Positions 1 through 8,681 of a stretch of 64,000 nt of DNA are shown here, one piece after another. The position numbers were made by a program, and so were the translations under genes. A model generated the notes under the pieces. That model was not told where the DNA came from. It saw only the letters and a program-made list of their open reading frames with translations, and made no database searches. This stretch comes from an uncultured Prevotellaceae bacterium (GTDB taxonomy: Bacteria; Bacteroidota; Bacteroidia; Bacteroidales; Bacteroidaceae), in contig ONCK01000010.1 in the NCBI GenBank assembly GCA_900316315.1, positions 8,082 through 72,081 of the forward strand, in the 5' to 3' direction. Position 1 is the first letter of the stretch; every line of letters starts with the position of its first letter.

Positions 1-312
1 GATATTGTTGCGGTAGTAGAGTAGGGGCTTCTGGACACTTTCGCCTACCGCTTTGCTGGCAGCGAAATGGATGATTCCAGATATTTTAGGATATTTCTTG
101 AAGACGCCTTCTGTCGCCTCCTTATCCTGCAAGTCTACTTGCTCAAAAGCCGGACGTACATTGGTGATCTTTTCAATGCCATCAAGGACTTTGATATTGG
201 AGTTGGAGAGATTGTCAACGATGACTACATCGTAGCCTGCATTGATGAGTTCTACACTAGTATGGCTGCCGATAAATCCGGTACCACCTGTGACAAGAAT
301 TGTCTCTTTCAT
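1..312 (-). CDS. galE: UDP-glucose 4-epimerase, N-terminal 104 codons (gene runs off the left edge)
   Basis: Minus-strand frame is open to position 1. From ATG at 312 it reads MKETILVTGGTGFIGSHTSVELINAGYDVVIVDNLSNS...HFAASKAVGES, a GxxGxxG Rossmann N-terminus typical of GalE. Absent from the ORF track because there is no stop inside the window. Confidence 0.85.
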   Translation of the reverse strand, partial: MKETILVTGGTGFIGSHTSVELINAGYDVVIVDNLSNSNIKVLDGIEKITNVRPAFEQVDLQDKEATEGVFKKYPKISGIIHFAASKAVGESVQKPLLYYRNNI

Positions 313-363
313 GATAATATGTGTTTTTGTTTAATTTATATATCTTATATATTTATTTCTGGA

Positions 364-1545
364 TTACTCGACATAGAGTATGAGGCCTTTGAGGTATTCG
401 CCTTCAGGGTGATAGATATTGATGGGATGGTCGGCAGGCTGATGGAGCTGGTGTAGGATGCGTACGAAGCGGTGTGCTTGTGTGGCAGCTGTAAATACAG
501 CCTGTCGGAAGTGTTCAGGTGTGATGGCTTGTGAGCAACTAAAAGTAAACAGGATTCCTCCAGATTTGATTTTGCTCAGCGCTGCAGCATTGAGCCGGAT
601 GTAGCCTTTGAGTGCATTGTGGATGGCATCTCTATGCTTGGCAAAGGCAGGCGGATCGAGTACAATCAGATTGTAGGCCGCTTCTGGTATATCATGCAAA
701 TAGCGGAAGGCATCTTCTGCTACGGCTTTATGATTGGTGCAATCAGGAAAATTGAGATGTACATTATCGCGTGTCAGTTCTATTGCGCGTGATGAACTGT
801 CGACAGAGTCCACCTGTACAGCGCCACCTCGTATAGCGTAGACGGAGAAGCCTCCGGTGTAGCAGAACATGTTGAGTACTTTGCGCCCTTTGGCATAATA
901 CTCCAACAGACGCCGATTTTCCCTTTGATCGATAAAGAAGCCGGTCTTCTGTCCCTTACGCCAGTCGATGCGGAATTTCAGACCGTATTCTGTAGCGACG
1001 TTTGTTGATTCGTACCCATAGAGATAGCCCGATTCATCCTCGAGTTGCGCATGTATGGGCAGTGTGCCATCGCTTTTGTAGTAGATGCAGTCCAATTGGT
1101 CGGCCATAAGCTGATGGAGACATTGGGCAATCTGTTTACGTAGCAAGTGCATGCCTACGCTATGTGCCTGAATGACAGCGGTGCGGTTGTATATATCAAT
1201 GATGAGTGCCGGCATGCGGTCACCCTCGCCGTGGATAAGGCGGTAAATCGAGTTGTCTGGCCTGATGAGTCCCAGACTCTGCCTGACCGATATAGCGGCT
1301 TGCAATCTCCGCAGGATAAAGTCGTCGTTGATTTCAATATCGTCAAAGGCTAGGACGCGGACGGCAATTGAGCCGGTCTGATAATGACCGACAGCCACAA
1401 ATTGGCCCTCACAGTTGATGACGCGTACGCAGTCGCCGCTTTTTATGTCCTCATCCATCTGGGCTATTGCACCTGAGAATATCCACGGATGCCAACGCTT
1501 GAGGCTACTGTCTTTGCCTCGTCTGAGGTATATGTTCTTATACAT
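364..1545 (-). CDS. class I SAM-dependent rRNA methyltransferase with N-terminal PUA-like domain (RlmI/RlmK-like)
   Basis: 393 aa. N-terminus RGKDSSLKRWHPWIFSGAI is typical of the RlmI/YwbD family. SAM-binding core VLNMFCYTGGFSVYA and LDPPAF motif. Confidence 0.8.
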   Translation of the reverse strand: MYKNIYLRRGKDSSLKRWHPWIFSGAIAQMDEDIKSGDCVRVINCEGQFVAVGHYQTGSIAVRVLAFDDIEINDDFILRRLQAAISVRQSLGLIRPDNSIYRLIHGEGDRMPALIIDIYNRTAVIQAHSVGMHLLRKQIAQCLHQLMADQLDCIYYKSDGTLPIHAQLEDESGYLYGYESTNVATEYGLKFRIDWRKGQKTGFFIDQRENRRLLEYYAKGRKVLNMFCYTGGFSVYAIRGGAVQVDSVDSSSRAIELTRDNVHLNFPDCTNHKAVAEDAFRYLHDIPEAAYNLIVLDPPAFAKHRDAIHNALKGYIRLNAAALSKIKSGGILFTFSCSQAITPEHFRQAVFTAATQAHRFVRILHQLHQPADHPINIYHPEGEYLKGLILYVE

Positions 1546-1576
1546 TTTTATTATATCGGTCTAAGGGACGTAATGT

Positions 1577-2290
1577 CTATTTCTGTCGCTTTGTCAGCCG
1601 GGTGTGTCTGGCCGTGGTAAAAAGATTGATGTGGCGCATTTGGTTCTCGATAGCGGCTTGGCGCTTGCGCAAGTAGGTGGAGGGATAGGCAGAGTTGTAT
1701 CTCAATGGATTGGGCAGTGTGGCAGCTATCAGGGCGCATTGGCTGCGAGAGAGTCCTTGGGCTGTGGTATGGAAGTGGTCACGTGCCACGGCTTCGACGC
1801 CGTATATGCCATGCCCCATTTCGATAGAGTTGAGGTAAACTTCCATGATCCGCTGTTTGGACCAAAAGAACTCGATTAGCACTGTGAAGTACACTTCAAA
1901 TCCCTTACGTGTCCATGAAGACTCCGGCCAGAGAAATACATTTTTTGCAGTTTGCTGGCTTATTGTCGATCCTCCTCGCTTGCGGCGGCCATCGAGACGA
2001 TCTCCGATTGCATTGCCTATTTCCTTGAAATCAAATCCGTGGTGCTTCAGAAATCGTTGGTCTTCACTTGCCATGACGGCGACAGGCATGTATTTGGACA
2101 TCTTCCTGAGAGGAACCCAGTGATGATGGAGCCTCACCGTCTCCCCAGAAGCACTCTGCTGCACGAGTCTGATGATCATCAGCGGGGTAACAGGGACCGG
2201 GACAAAACGATAGATGATGACAAAGAAGAGCGAGGAGCCGAAAAAAACGATTACGGCCCACAATATGATTTTACGGATGAGCTTTAGCAA
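1577..2290 (-). CDS. mtgA: monofunctional biosynthetic peptidoglycan transglycosylase (GT51)
   Basis: 237 aa with an N-terminal TM helix. GT51 motifs [19 protein letters not shown], RKxxE. No transpeptidase domain. Confidence 0.85.
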   Translation of the reverse strand: MLKLIRKIILWAVIVFFGSSLFFVIIYRFVPVPVTPLMIIRLVQQSASGETVRLHHHWVPLRKMSKYMPVAVMASEDQRFLKHHGFDFKEIGNAIGDRLDGRRKRGGSTISQQTAKNVFLWPESSWTRKGFEVYFTVLIEFFWSKQRIMEVYLNSIEMGHGIYGVEAVARDHFHTTAQGLSRSQCALIAATLPNPLRYNSAYPSTYLRKRQAAIENQMRHINLFTTARHTRLTKRQK

Positions 2291-2390
2291 TGTGTCTTGT
2301 TTTTGAAGTCACTCTAAGAGACGATGCGGTAGATGGAACCATGACGTATAGAGAGCAGCCTCGATGTGAGAATGAGACTCGCGGTGCGAT

Positions 2391-3095
2391 TTATTTCTTT
2401 TCGCTTGCGCTTTGTTCCGCGTTTTTGATCATTTGCTCACTAGCGTACATATAAACTTCAACGCGCCGGTTGAGTGAGCGACCATTGGCTGTAGCATTGG
2501 TTGCCACGGGCTGATGTGATCCCTTACCTTCTACGCTCTTGAATTTGTCGGCTGAAACGCCACACTGGGTAAGGAATTCGCTTACAGCTTTTGCACGACG
2601 CAGAGAGAGAGGGTCATTAATCTGGTCGTTGCCTGTTGAGTCTGTATGGCCATAGATAGTTAGGTCTACGTCTGAGTATTTCTTAAGTACGTCTGCAAAG
2701 TTGGCCAAGTTCTGCTTGGCGCTCGTACTGAGCTCAGCCTTATTTGTATCAAAGAGGATCTTATTCTCAAATGTCACTTTCTCAGCTTGCAGACCATTGG
2801 AGTCGGTTACATCTTCTATAGTGGCATTGGGCACCGCTTGCTCGACTTCCTTGCGGGCTTTGTCCATTTTTTTTCCGATGATGATACCCGCTCCGGTACC
2901 TACTACAGCGCCCATGGCGGCACCTACTCCCGCATTGCCAGCGATTTTTCCAATGATGGCACCCAGAGCAGCTCCACCTGCTGCACCGATGACTCCGCCT
3001 TTGGTCGTATTATTGGCATTTTTTACTGTGTCGCAGGAGCCGAAGGCCAGCAGCGAAGCACACATTACATAAATAAGAGTCTTCTGAAATTTCAT
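2391..3095 (-). CDS. OmpA-family lipoprotein with glycine-zipper segment
   Basis: Signal peptide ending LAFGSC. Gly-zipper GGVIGAAGGAALGAIIGKIAGNAGVGAAMGAVVG. C-terminal OmpA-like motif YGHTDSTG...LSLRRA...NRRVEV. Confidence 0.85.
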   Translation of the reverse strand: MKFQKTLIYVMCASLLAFGSCDTVKNANNTTKGGVIGAAGGAALGAIIGKIAGNAGVGAAMGAVVGTGAGIIIGKKMDKARKEVEQAVPNATIEDVTDSNGLQAEKVTFENKILFDTNKAELSTSAKQNLANFADVLKKYSDVDLTIYGHTDSTGNDQINDPLSLRRAKAVSEFLTQCGVSADKFKSVEGKGSHQPVATNATANGRSLNRRVEVYMYASEQMIKNAEQSASEKK

Positions 3096-3145
3096 GATTT
3101 GTGGTATTTTGTAGGATAGTTTGTATTGACGGTTATATTATTATG

Positions 3146-3153
3146 CAAAAGTA
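3146..3153 (-). promoter_or_regulatory. putative -7 promoter box TACTTTTG for the ompA-like gene
   Basis: Reverse complement of caaaagta matches TAnnTTTG, about 50 nt upstream of the ATG at 3095. Preceded by the CGCTTATTCG motif. Confidence 0.5.
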
Positions 3154-3603
3154 CGAATAAGCGGGCACAAAGTAAGGATATTGTGGATTTTTTTATTCAG
3201 ATCTGTCGAAACTCTAAGTGCGCCAGTTAAGCAGGCCGATGGCGATGGATAGAGGCCTGCGTTTGACATAGGCAGTTATCTGATGGACTCTTGCAAACAG
3301 ATGTCCATTTGATAGAGATGGGGGCCGACGGGCGTCTTATTTTCTATGGTCGATCTGGATTACTCAAGACCTATGAGGTAACTCGTACGCCCGAGTGGAA
3401 GCACTCTCGTCCTTTTACTTGAAGAGGCGTCCTCCCGAAACATCTTTGTTAGCAAGGGCCTGTAGACTTTATCCCTCGAAATGCAAATTTTTAAAATTTG
3501 ATGATAGTTCGTAATTTGTTGATGGTGTGCAACTTAATCGCCTTTATTGACGCTGTCTATCGTACTATAATTTTTATCTGTTGGACAGGGCCGAGAGTGT
3601 GTC

Positions 3604-3611
3604 TATCTTTG
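3604..3611 (+). promoter_or_regulatory. putative -7 promoter box TATCTTTG for dps
   Basis: Exact TAnnTTTG match followed by CA, 61 nt upstream of the dps ATG. Confidence 0.5.
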
Positions 3612-3626
3612 CATCAGAAAAGAAAA

Positions 3627-3664
3627 ATATTAACCACTTAAAAGAATATATTAACCACTTAAAA
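3627..3664 (+). repeat. two direct copies of ATATTAACCACTTAAAA (3627-3643, 3648-3664) in the dps leader
   Basis: Perfect 17-nt direct repeat read directly from the sequence, with a 21-nt period. Confidence 0.9.
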
Positions 3665-3672
3665 ATAGAATT

Positions 3673-4146
3673 ATGAAGACTTTAACAGTATCAGGCCTCA
3701 ATCCCTCCAACCAAGTTACCAACGCTCTGAGTCAGCTACTGGCTGATTTGCAAGTACATTACACTAACCTGCGCAATCTGCATTGGAATGTCAAAGGTCA
3801 CGGCTTCTTCATCCTGCATGAGAAGTATGAGGATCTCTACGATGACACCGCTGCTAAGGTGGACGAAGTGGCAGAGCGCTTGCTGCAACTGGATGTGACA
3901 CCCGAGCACCGCTATTCGGTCTACCTGCAGCAATCACAAGTGAAAGAACTGGATGTTGTACAGGACGGCAAGGCAGGACTCTCCTATGTGCTCGACGCAT
4001 TGAAGACCCTTATTGCCCAAGAGCGTGAAATCCTGAGCAAAGCCGCAGACAATAGCGATGAGGTCACCGTATCGATGATGAGCGATTACTTGAAGGGACA
4101 GGAGAAACTCGTCTGGATGCTCACCGCTTTCATGCAACAAGTTTAG
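3673..4146 (+). CDS. dps: Dps family DNA-protection/ferritin-like protein
   Basis: 157 aa. NLRNLHWNVKGHGFFILHEKYEDLYDD is the Dps ferroxidase-centre region. Strong terminator follows. Confidence 0.92.
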   Translation: MKTLTVSGLNPSNQVTNALSQLLADLQVHYTNLRNLHWNVKGHGFFILHEKYEDLYDDTAAKVDEVAERLLQLDVTPEHRYSVYLQQSQVKELDVVQDGKAGLSYVLDALKTLIAQEREILSKAADNSDEVTVSMMSDYLKGQEKLVWMLTAFMQQV

Positions 4147-4185
4147 AAAGAGAATGTTGTTTGATAGATAAAATGCTATGAGAGA

Positions 4186-4219
4186 GGATGTGTGACGAAA
4201 GTCGCGCATCCTTTTTTTT
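4186..4219 (+). terminator. rho-independent terminator of dps
   Basis: GGATGTGTGAC-GAAA-GTCGCGCATCC forms an 11-bp stem (two G-U pairs) with a GNRA-type loop, followed by T8. Confidence 0.8.
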
Positions 4220-4228
4220 GTTGGGGGG

Positions 4229-4340
4229 CGGCCTCTGGCTGTCCTTAGACTGTCCTGTCAAGGCGGGAGCCTAAGGTTCCACGTACCAAACCCTGCCGGG
4301 ATTGACCACCCTGTCAAGGCAGAATTACGTGCAACCTCTG
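4229..4340. repeat. copy R1 of a short palindromic intergenic repeat family (core GGGAGCCTAAGGTTCCACGTA at 4265-4285)
   Basis: Shares GGRAGCCTARGG-YTYCRCGTA and GGCTGYCCTTAGRCTG blocks with 57614-57673, 59194-59256 and 61498-61575. Also carries an internal direct repeat CCTGTCAAGGC at 4254 and 4310. Confidence 0.7.
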
Positions 4341-4594
4341 TTACGACTTTTACTGCTTCATGATGCTCGCGTGTTTCCATTATCTTGCCTATCTGTTCGG
4401 TTTTCTTTTTTCAATTGATCTATTTTCGCCGAAGTTTTCCCTGCTTCATCGGACATCTTTTTGCAGGAGCTAGGCTTATCAAGATCAACATTCCTCTCAT
4501 CAAGGGCTAGCTGAAGCTTCCTATTTTTATATAAAAATGAATTCAGATTTTCGAATAGCTTTCAAAAATAAAAAGGATGAAAATTCTTATATTT

Positions 4595-4766
4595 CCTCTG
4601 TAACTTATTGAATACAAAATAATTACAAATAATATTTACGTTCTTATAACTAACAGTCTATCAGACGATAGCAACACGGTACTTATTTAGAATAAGTCGG
4701 ACCTATTTTAAATAAGTCCGACCATGTTACGCGAACACGGCGTCTTGAAATGACAACATCGGCATC
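4595..4766. repeat. copy P of a ~170-bp dispersed element (inverted relative to copy Q at 13061-13230)
   Basis: The reverse complement aligns by eye with 13061-13230 through shared blocks ATGCCGA, GCGTAACAWGGTCGGA, TTTAAAnTAGGTCC, GTTGYTATCG, AAGAAC, TATTCAAT. Contains two adjacent 20-nt units at 4684-4703 and 4704-4723. Confidence 0.65.
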
Positions 4767-5044
4767 AGTACAGACAGTATTCCTTATTTATTATATAAAA
4801 TAAAGGAGTCTTGTGTGCTGATGACTATCTGGAGAGAAGGGCGCATATGGATGTGGGCTTATTCTTTGGTTATTTTATCTCCTCTGACGACTACCATGCA
4901 TGAGGTGTCATGATGTGTTGTCCGTCAGGTGTTGCGATTGCAGCCTCGGCCGGGAATTCCTTTCCTCTGGCTGCATGAGGGAAAAGTGGCTAACGCATAA
5001 GCTCGATTTTTTCGTAGGAACTTTTTCTGTCAGAATTCTTTTAT

Positions 5045-5052
5045 TACTTTTG
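5045..5052 (+). promoter_or_regulatory. putative -7 promoter box TACTTTTG for oxyR
   Basis: TAnnTTTG match 19 nt before ATG 5072 (25 nt before the alternative ATG at 5078). Confidence 0.45.
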
Positions 5053-5071
5053 TTGCCAGTATCAAATTATA

Positions 5072-5983
5072 GTGTCCATGACTTTACAACAACTTGAGTA
5101 TGTTCTCGCGCTTGATAAGTGGGGCAATTTTGCCAAGGCGGCTTTTTATTGTGACGTCACGCAGCCTACGCTCAGCTCTATGATTCAGAAGTTGGAGGTC
5201 GAGTTGGGAATGAAAATCTTTGATCGTCGCCGGCAGCCTGTCGTTGCGACCAAAGCCGGGCGCGCTATTATCAGCCAAGCCAAGGAAGTGCTCAGTCATA
5301 GCCGTTGTCTGTACGACATCGCCATGGAGGAGAAAAATCAGTTGACCGGCGAATTTACCATTGCTGTTATTCCCACTATTGCGCCTTATCTTATTCCTCT
5401 ATTTTTCCCTCAGTTGATGAACGAGCATCCGGAAATGGATGTCAGGATTGTGGAGTTGAAGACGAGTGAGATCAAGCGAGCTCTTCATGATGGTGATATA
5501 GATGTCGGCATTTTGGCCGATGTCAATGGATTGGATGATTTTGATAAATTACCACTTTATAGCGAAAAGTTTTATGCCTATGTCTCGGAAGGAGACCCGC
5601 TTTTCGCTTGTGATCGGGTCAATATAGCCAGCCTAGGGAAAGAGTATTTGTGGCTGCTCGATGAGGGGCATTGCTTCCGTGACCAGCTAGTGAAGTATTG
5701 TAAACTGAAGTCCGCCTCGCTGAGTAAGCGTGCCTATTGGCTGGGCAGTATAGAGACCTTTATGCGGATTGTAGAGAACGGTAAAGGTGTGACGTTTATC
5801 CCGGAGTTGGCATTGGCTCAACTTCAGGAGAAGCAGCGCAAACTGGTGCGTCCTTTTGCCTTGCCCGAACCTCGCCGGCAAATCTTGGCTATCACTCCTA
5901 AGACGTTCATCCGTCACAAACTGCTTGATATGTTGGCAGATAAGATACGAGTTGCGGTAGATCCTCTTTTGTCAAGATATTAG
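5072..5983 (+). CDS. oxyR: LysR-family hydrogen-peroxide-responsive regulator OxyR
   Basis: 303 aa. N-terminal wHTH LQQLEYVLALDKWGNFAKAAFYCDVTQPTLSSMIQKLE. LysR substrate-binding fold with a Cys in EGHCFRDQ, like the OxyR redox Cys. Lies near dps. The start may be ATG 5078. Confidence 0.75.
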   Translation: MSMTLQQLEYVLALDKWGNFAKAAFYCDVTQPTLSSMIQKLEVELGMKIFDRRRQPVVATKAGRAIISQAKEVLSHSRCLYDIAMEEKNQLTGEFTIAVIPTIAPYLIPLFFPQLMNEHPEMDVRIVELKTSEIKRALHDGDIDVGILADVNGLDDFDKLPLYSEKFYAYVSEGDPLFACDRVNIASLGKEYLWLLDEGHCFRDQLVKYCKLKSASLSKRAYWLGSIETFMRIVENGKGVTFIPELALAQLQEKQRKLVRPFALPEPRRQILAITPKTFIRHKLLDMLADKIRVAVDPLLSRY

Positions 5984-6694
5984 TTCATGATACAGTAAGG
6001 TCGGCGCATACGATATTTTTGATATATGGTTTCTGCGTGCTCGATTTCGTCAGCGCCATGATGACATTTAAGGTGGCTCTGTTGCGGAAAGAAATGAGTT
6101 TGTCGAGATGAGTGAAAGAGATTTTCAGATCTCCTCAGGCCGACAGACGATAGGAAGGTTTCACAGTTCGAGAATCGTGTCGGTGGGTCTAACTGGAGAT
6201 TTTCAAAATAGAAGTTCTTTTAGGAAATGCCTTTGTCATGCTGTGATTTCCCCGCGTGCGATCCGAATCCAGTCTCTTGCCTCTTGTGAGAGATGGCCAT
6301 TGAACCCGAAGATATCATAGAGCTGCTGCTATCAGCGGAGACGCGCCGCCGCTGTACAAAAAGAGCGGTGGCAGCCGTCTGGCAGATGCTCAGAATAAAA
6401 GAAAGAATTTGATATAGAGGAATGTATTAAGGCTGCCTCAGAAGGGACGTATGCTCGTAATGTGAAGAAGCCATAGGTAAGTTTACGGCCCCTTGCCCCC
6501 AGTACAGCAGAGGTGGCCCACCAAGCCACAAGCTCCGGAAAAGCAAACGAAGCAGAATCTCGCTTGGACTTCAGTCGGGCTGCAGATCATCATATCAATC
6601 CCTATGGCTGCCTTTGCCGTATCAGACGAGGGCTTGGACAAATTTTTGAGGATAAAAAAGAGCGTTTTGATGGGCATTTTTGTCAATAAACTAG

Positions 6695-6702
6695 TAACTT
6701 TG
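6695..6702 (+). promoter_or_regulatory. putative -7 promoter box TAACTTTG for the DUF2520-kdsC-maf-tsaC operon
   Basis: TAnnTTTG followed by CA, 24 nt upstream of ATG 6726. Confidence 0.5.
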
Positions 6703-6725
6703 CAAGAAACTATGTCGTAAAGGCC

Positions 6726-7538
6726 ATGAAACTACAAATCATCGGAGCAGGTAATTTGGCTACCAACCTCGCACTATCTGCTAGGGATTGTGGCCATGAA
6801 ATCGTAGGAGTAGTGAGCCGTACAGCAGCCCATGCTCTGGAACTGGCTCGCTTGGCCGATTGTCCATGGTCAACTTCTGTAGACGCCATATCAGATGAGG
6901 TCGAGATATGTGTCATCGCAGTGAGCGACGATGCGCTGCCGCATGTTATCAGTACGTTGCCGCGACGTGAGAGGACGCTCTTCGTTCATACGGCAGGCAG
7001 CCAGCCGATGTCGATATTTGATGGACGGGAGCGGATGTGCGGTGTGTGGTATCCGATGCAGAGTTTTAGCAAGCAGCGCAGGGTAAATTTCAAGAACATT
7101 TCCTGTTTCTTGGAGGCCAATACGCCAGAGGCTTCGGAGCGCCTTCGGCAATTTGCATATTCGCTCAGTGACAATCTTTATCAGCTGCCTACACCACAAC
7201 GTCAGATGCTCCATCTCGCAGCAGTCTTTGCCAGCAACTTCAGTAACCATTGCTATACCTTGGCTTCGCAATTGGCACAGCAGGCAGGAGTGCCCTTCAG
7301 CGCCTTTCTTCCGCTGATCGATGAGACGACAGCCAAGGTACATCAGCTCTCACCTCTTGACGCCCAGACAGGACCAGCCCGCCGCGGCGACCGTGAAGGC
7401 GTAGCGCGTGAGGGGCGGCTGCTCCAAGGCCAGCCGGATCTGATGGCCATATACGCCTTGCTGAATCGCAGTATAGAGGCTGCAGAGCGTGAGCGCCAGA
7501 GGTCTATAGCGACACCAACAGAAGGAAAACAGCTATGA
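6726..7538 (+). CDS. Rossmann-like (F420-oxidoreductase-type) and DUF2520 domain protein
   Basis: 270 aa. N-terminus MKLQIIGAGNLATNLA is a dinucleotide-binding motif. C-terminus TGPARRGD is typical of DUF2520. Overlaps the next gene by 4 nt. Confidence 0.7.
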   Translation: MKLQIIGAGNLATNLALSARDCGHEIVGVVSRTAAHALELARLADCPWSTSVDAISDEVEICVIAVSDDALPHVISTLPRRERTLFVHTAGSQPMSIFDGRERMCGVWYPMQSFSKQRRVNFKNISCFLEANTPEASERLRQFAYSLSDNLYQLPTPQRQMLHLAAVFASNFSNHCYTLASQLAQQAGVPFSAFLPLIDETTAKVHQLSPLDAQTGPARRGDREGVAREGRLLQGQPDLMAIYALLNRSIEAAERERQRSIATPTEGKQL

Positions 7539-8053
7539 TAAACTACGATTTGACCAAGATTAGAGCCTTGCTCTTTGACGTCGACGGCGTACTAAGTGCT
7601 CCGTCTATCGCATTGGGAAGCGACGGACAGCCTGTGAGAACTGTCAATATCAAAGATGGATATGCGCTGCAACTGGCTATCAAGAGGGAACTTCAGGTCG
7701 CTATCATTACTGGAGCTAAGACCGAGGCTGTCAGAGAGAGATATATCCATCTCGGTATCAGCGAAGTGCATCTCGGATGCAGCGTCAAGAGCAAAGTATA
7801 TGCCGACCTGTGTCAGCGGCTTTCGCTGAGAGATGATGAGATCATGTACATGGGTGATGATATACCCGACTATGAGGTGATGAAACGCTGTGGACTGCCA
7901 TGCTGTCCCGCTGATGCTGCGCCAGAGATCAAGGCTATCTCGCGCTATGTGTGTACAGCCTGTGGCGGTATGGGATGTGTCAGGGAGGTCATCGAGCAAA
8001 TCCTGCGGGCGCAAGGCAAGTGGCAGATGGATCATGTGGCCTTTGGCTGGTAA
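7535..8053 (+). CDS. kdsC: KdsC-type HAD phosphatase (3-deoxy-D-manno-octulosonate-8-phosphate phosphatase)
   Basis: 172 aa. HAD motif I FDVDGVLS, IKDGYAL, and motif III/IV YMGDDIPD. Size and motifs fit the KdsC subfamily. Confidence 0.8.
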   Translation: MINYDLTKIRALLFDVDGVLSAPSIALGSDGQPVRTVNIKDGYALQLAIKRELQVAIITGAKTEAVRERYIHLGISEVHLGCSVKSKVYADLCQRLSLRDDEIMYMGDDIPDYEVMKRCGLPCCPADAAPEIKAISRYVCTACGGMGCVREVIEQILRAQGKWQMDHVAFGW

Positions 8054-8063
8054 AGTATAGACA

Positions 8064-8681
8064 ATGGTAAGTAGACAAATAACATGCATATCGCTGTTGC
8101 CCTATCTTAAGGGATGGGATATCGTCTTGGTAAGTCAGTCTCCGAGACGGCGTCAGTTGCTCGGCGATTTGGGATTGCCCTACCGTGTGGCCAGCAGTAC
8201 AGGAGATGAGATGTATCCTACCACATTGGAAAAAGAGGAGATACCCATTTATCTGTCACGACAGAAGGCTGAACATAATGAGGTACAGCTCGGCCCTCAC
8301 ACCCTTATCATTGCTGCAGATACGATTGTGTGGCATCAAGGTCAAGTGCTGGGCAAGCCTGCCAATGTCGCCGAAGCCAAGGAAATGCTCTCTTCGCTTG
8401 CTGGTCAGGTGCACAAGGTGATCACTGGAGTAACACTGCGGGATCTTCATCGGACAGTAAGTTTTTCCAGCGAGACAGAAGTCGAGTTTGTATCGCTTAC
8501 ATCCGATGAGATAGACTACTATGTAGATCATTTCTGCCCCTTGGACAAGGCTGGAGCTTATGGCATCCAGGAGTGGATAGGCATGATGGGAGTCAAGCGC
8601 ATCGTGGGGTGCTACTACAATGTAATGGGACTGCCTGTGCCACAACTATATAAGGAACTTAAAAATTGGAAATCAGACTGA
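8064..8681 (+). CDS. maf: Maf-like nucleoside-triphosphate pyrophosphatase
   Basis: 205 aa. LVSQSPRRRQLL, ADTIV and KAGAYGIQE motifs of the Maf family. Confidence 0.85.
   Translation: MVSRQITCISLLPYLKGWDIVLVSQSPRRRQLLGDLGLPYRVASSTGDEMYPTTLEKEEIPIYLSRQKAEHNEVQLGPHTLIIAADTIVWHQGQVLGKPANVAEAKEMLSSLAGQVHKVITGVTLRDLHRTVSFSSETEVEFVSLTSDEIDYYVDHFCPLDKAGAYGIQEWIGMMGVKRIVGCYYNVMGLPVPQLYKELKNWKSD

Noticed and set aside
3627-3664. Tandem repeat considered as a minimal CRISPR-like array
   Set aside because: Only two 17-nt copies with a 4-nt spacer and no cas genes. It is a leader or operator repeat, not CRISPR.
4358-4456. 32-codon minus-strand ORF (MSDEAGKTSAKIDQLKKENRTDRQDNGNTRAS) in the dps-oxyR spacer
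   Set aside because: Too short, with no promoter box or ribosome-binding context seen and no recognisable family. It may be a remnant linked to the dispersed element.
6529-6568. SRP (4.5S) RNA-like string CCAAGCCACAAGCTCCGGAAAAGCAAACGAAGCAGAATCTCGCTTGG
   Set aside because: It lacks the conserved GGAA-tetraloop helix-8 context and the GAAGCAGCC motif. Only a 6-bp closing stem is present. Judged a chance resemblance.
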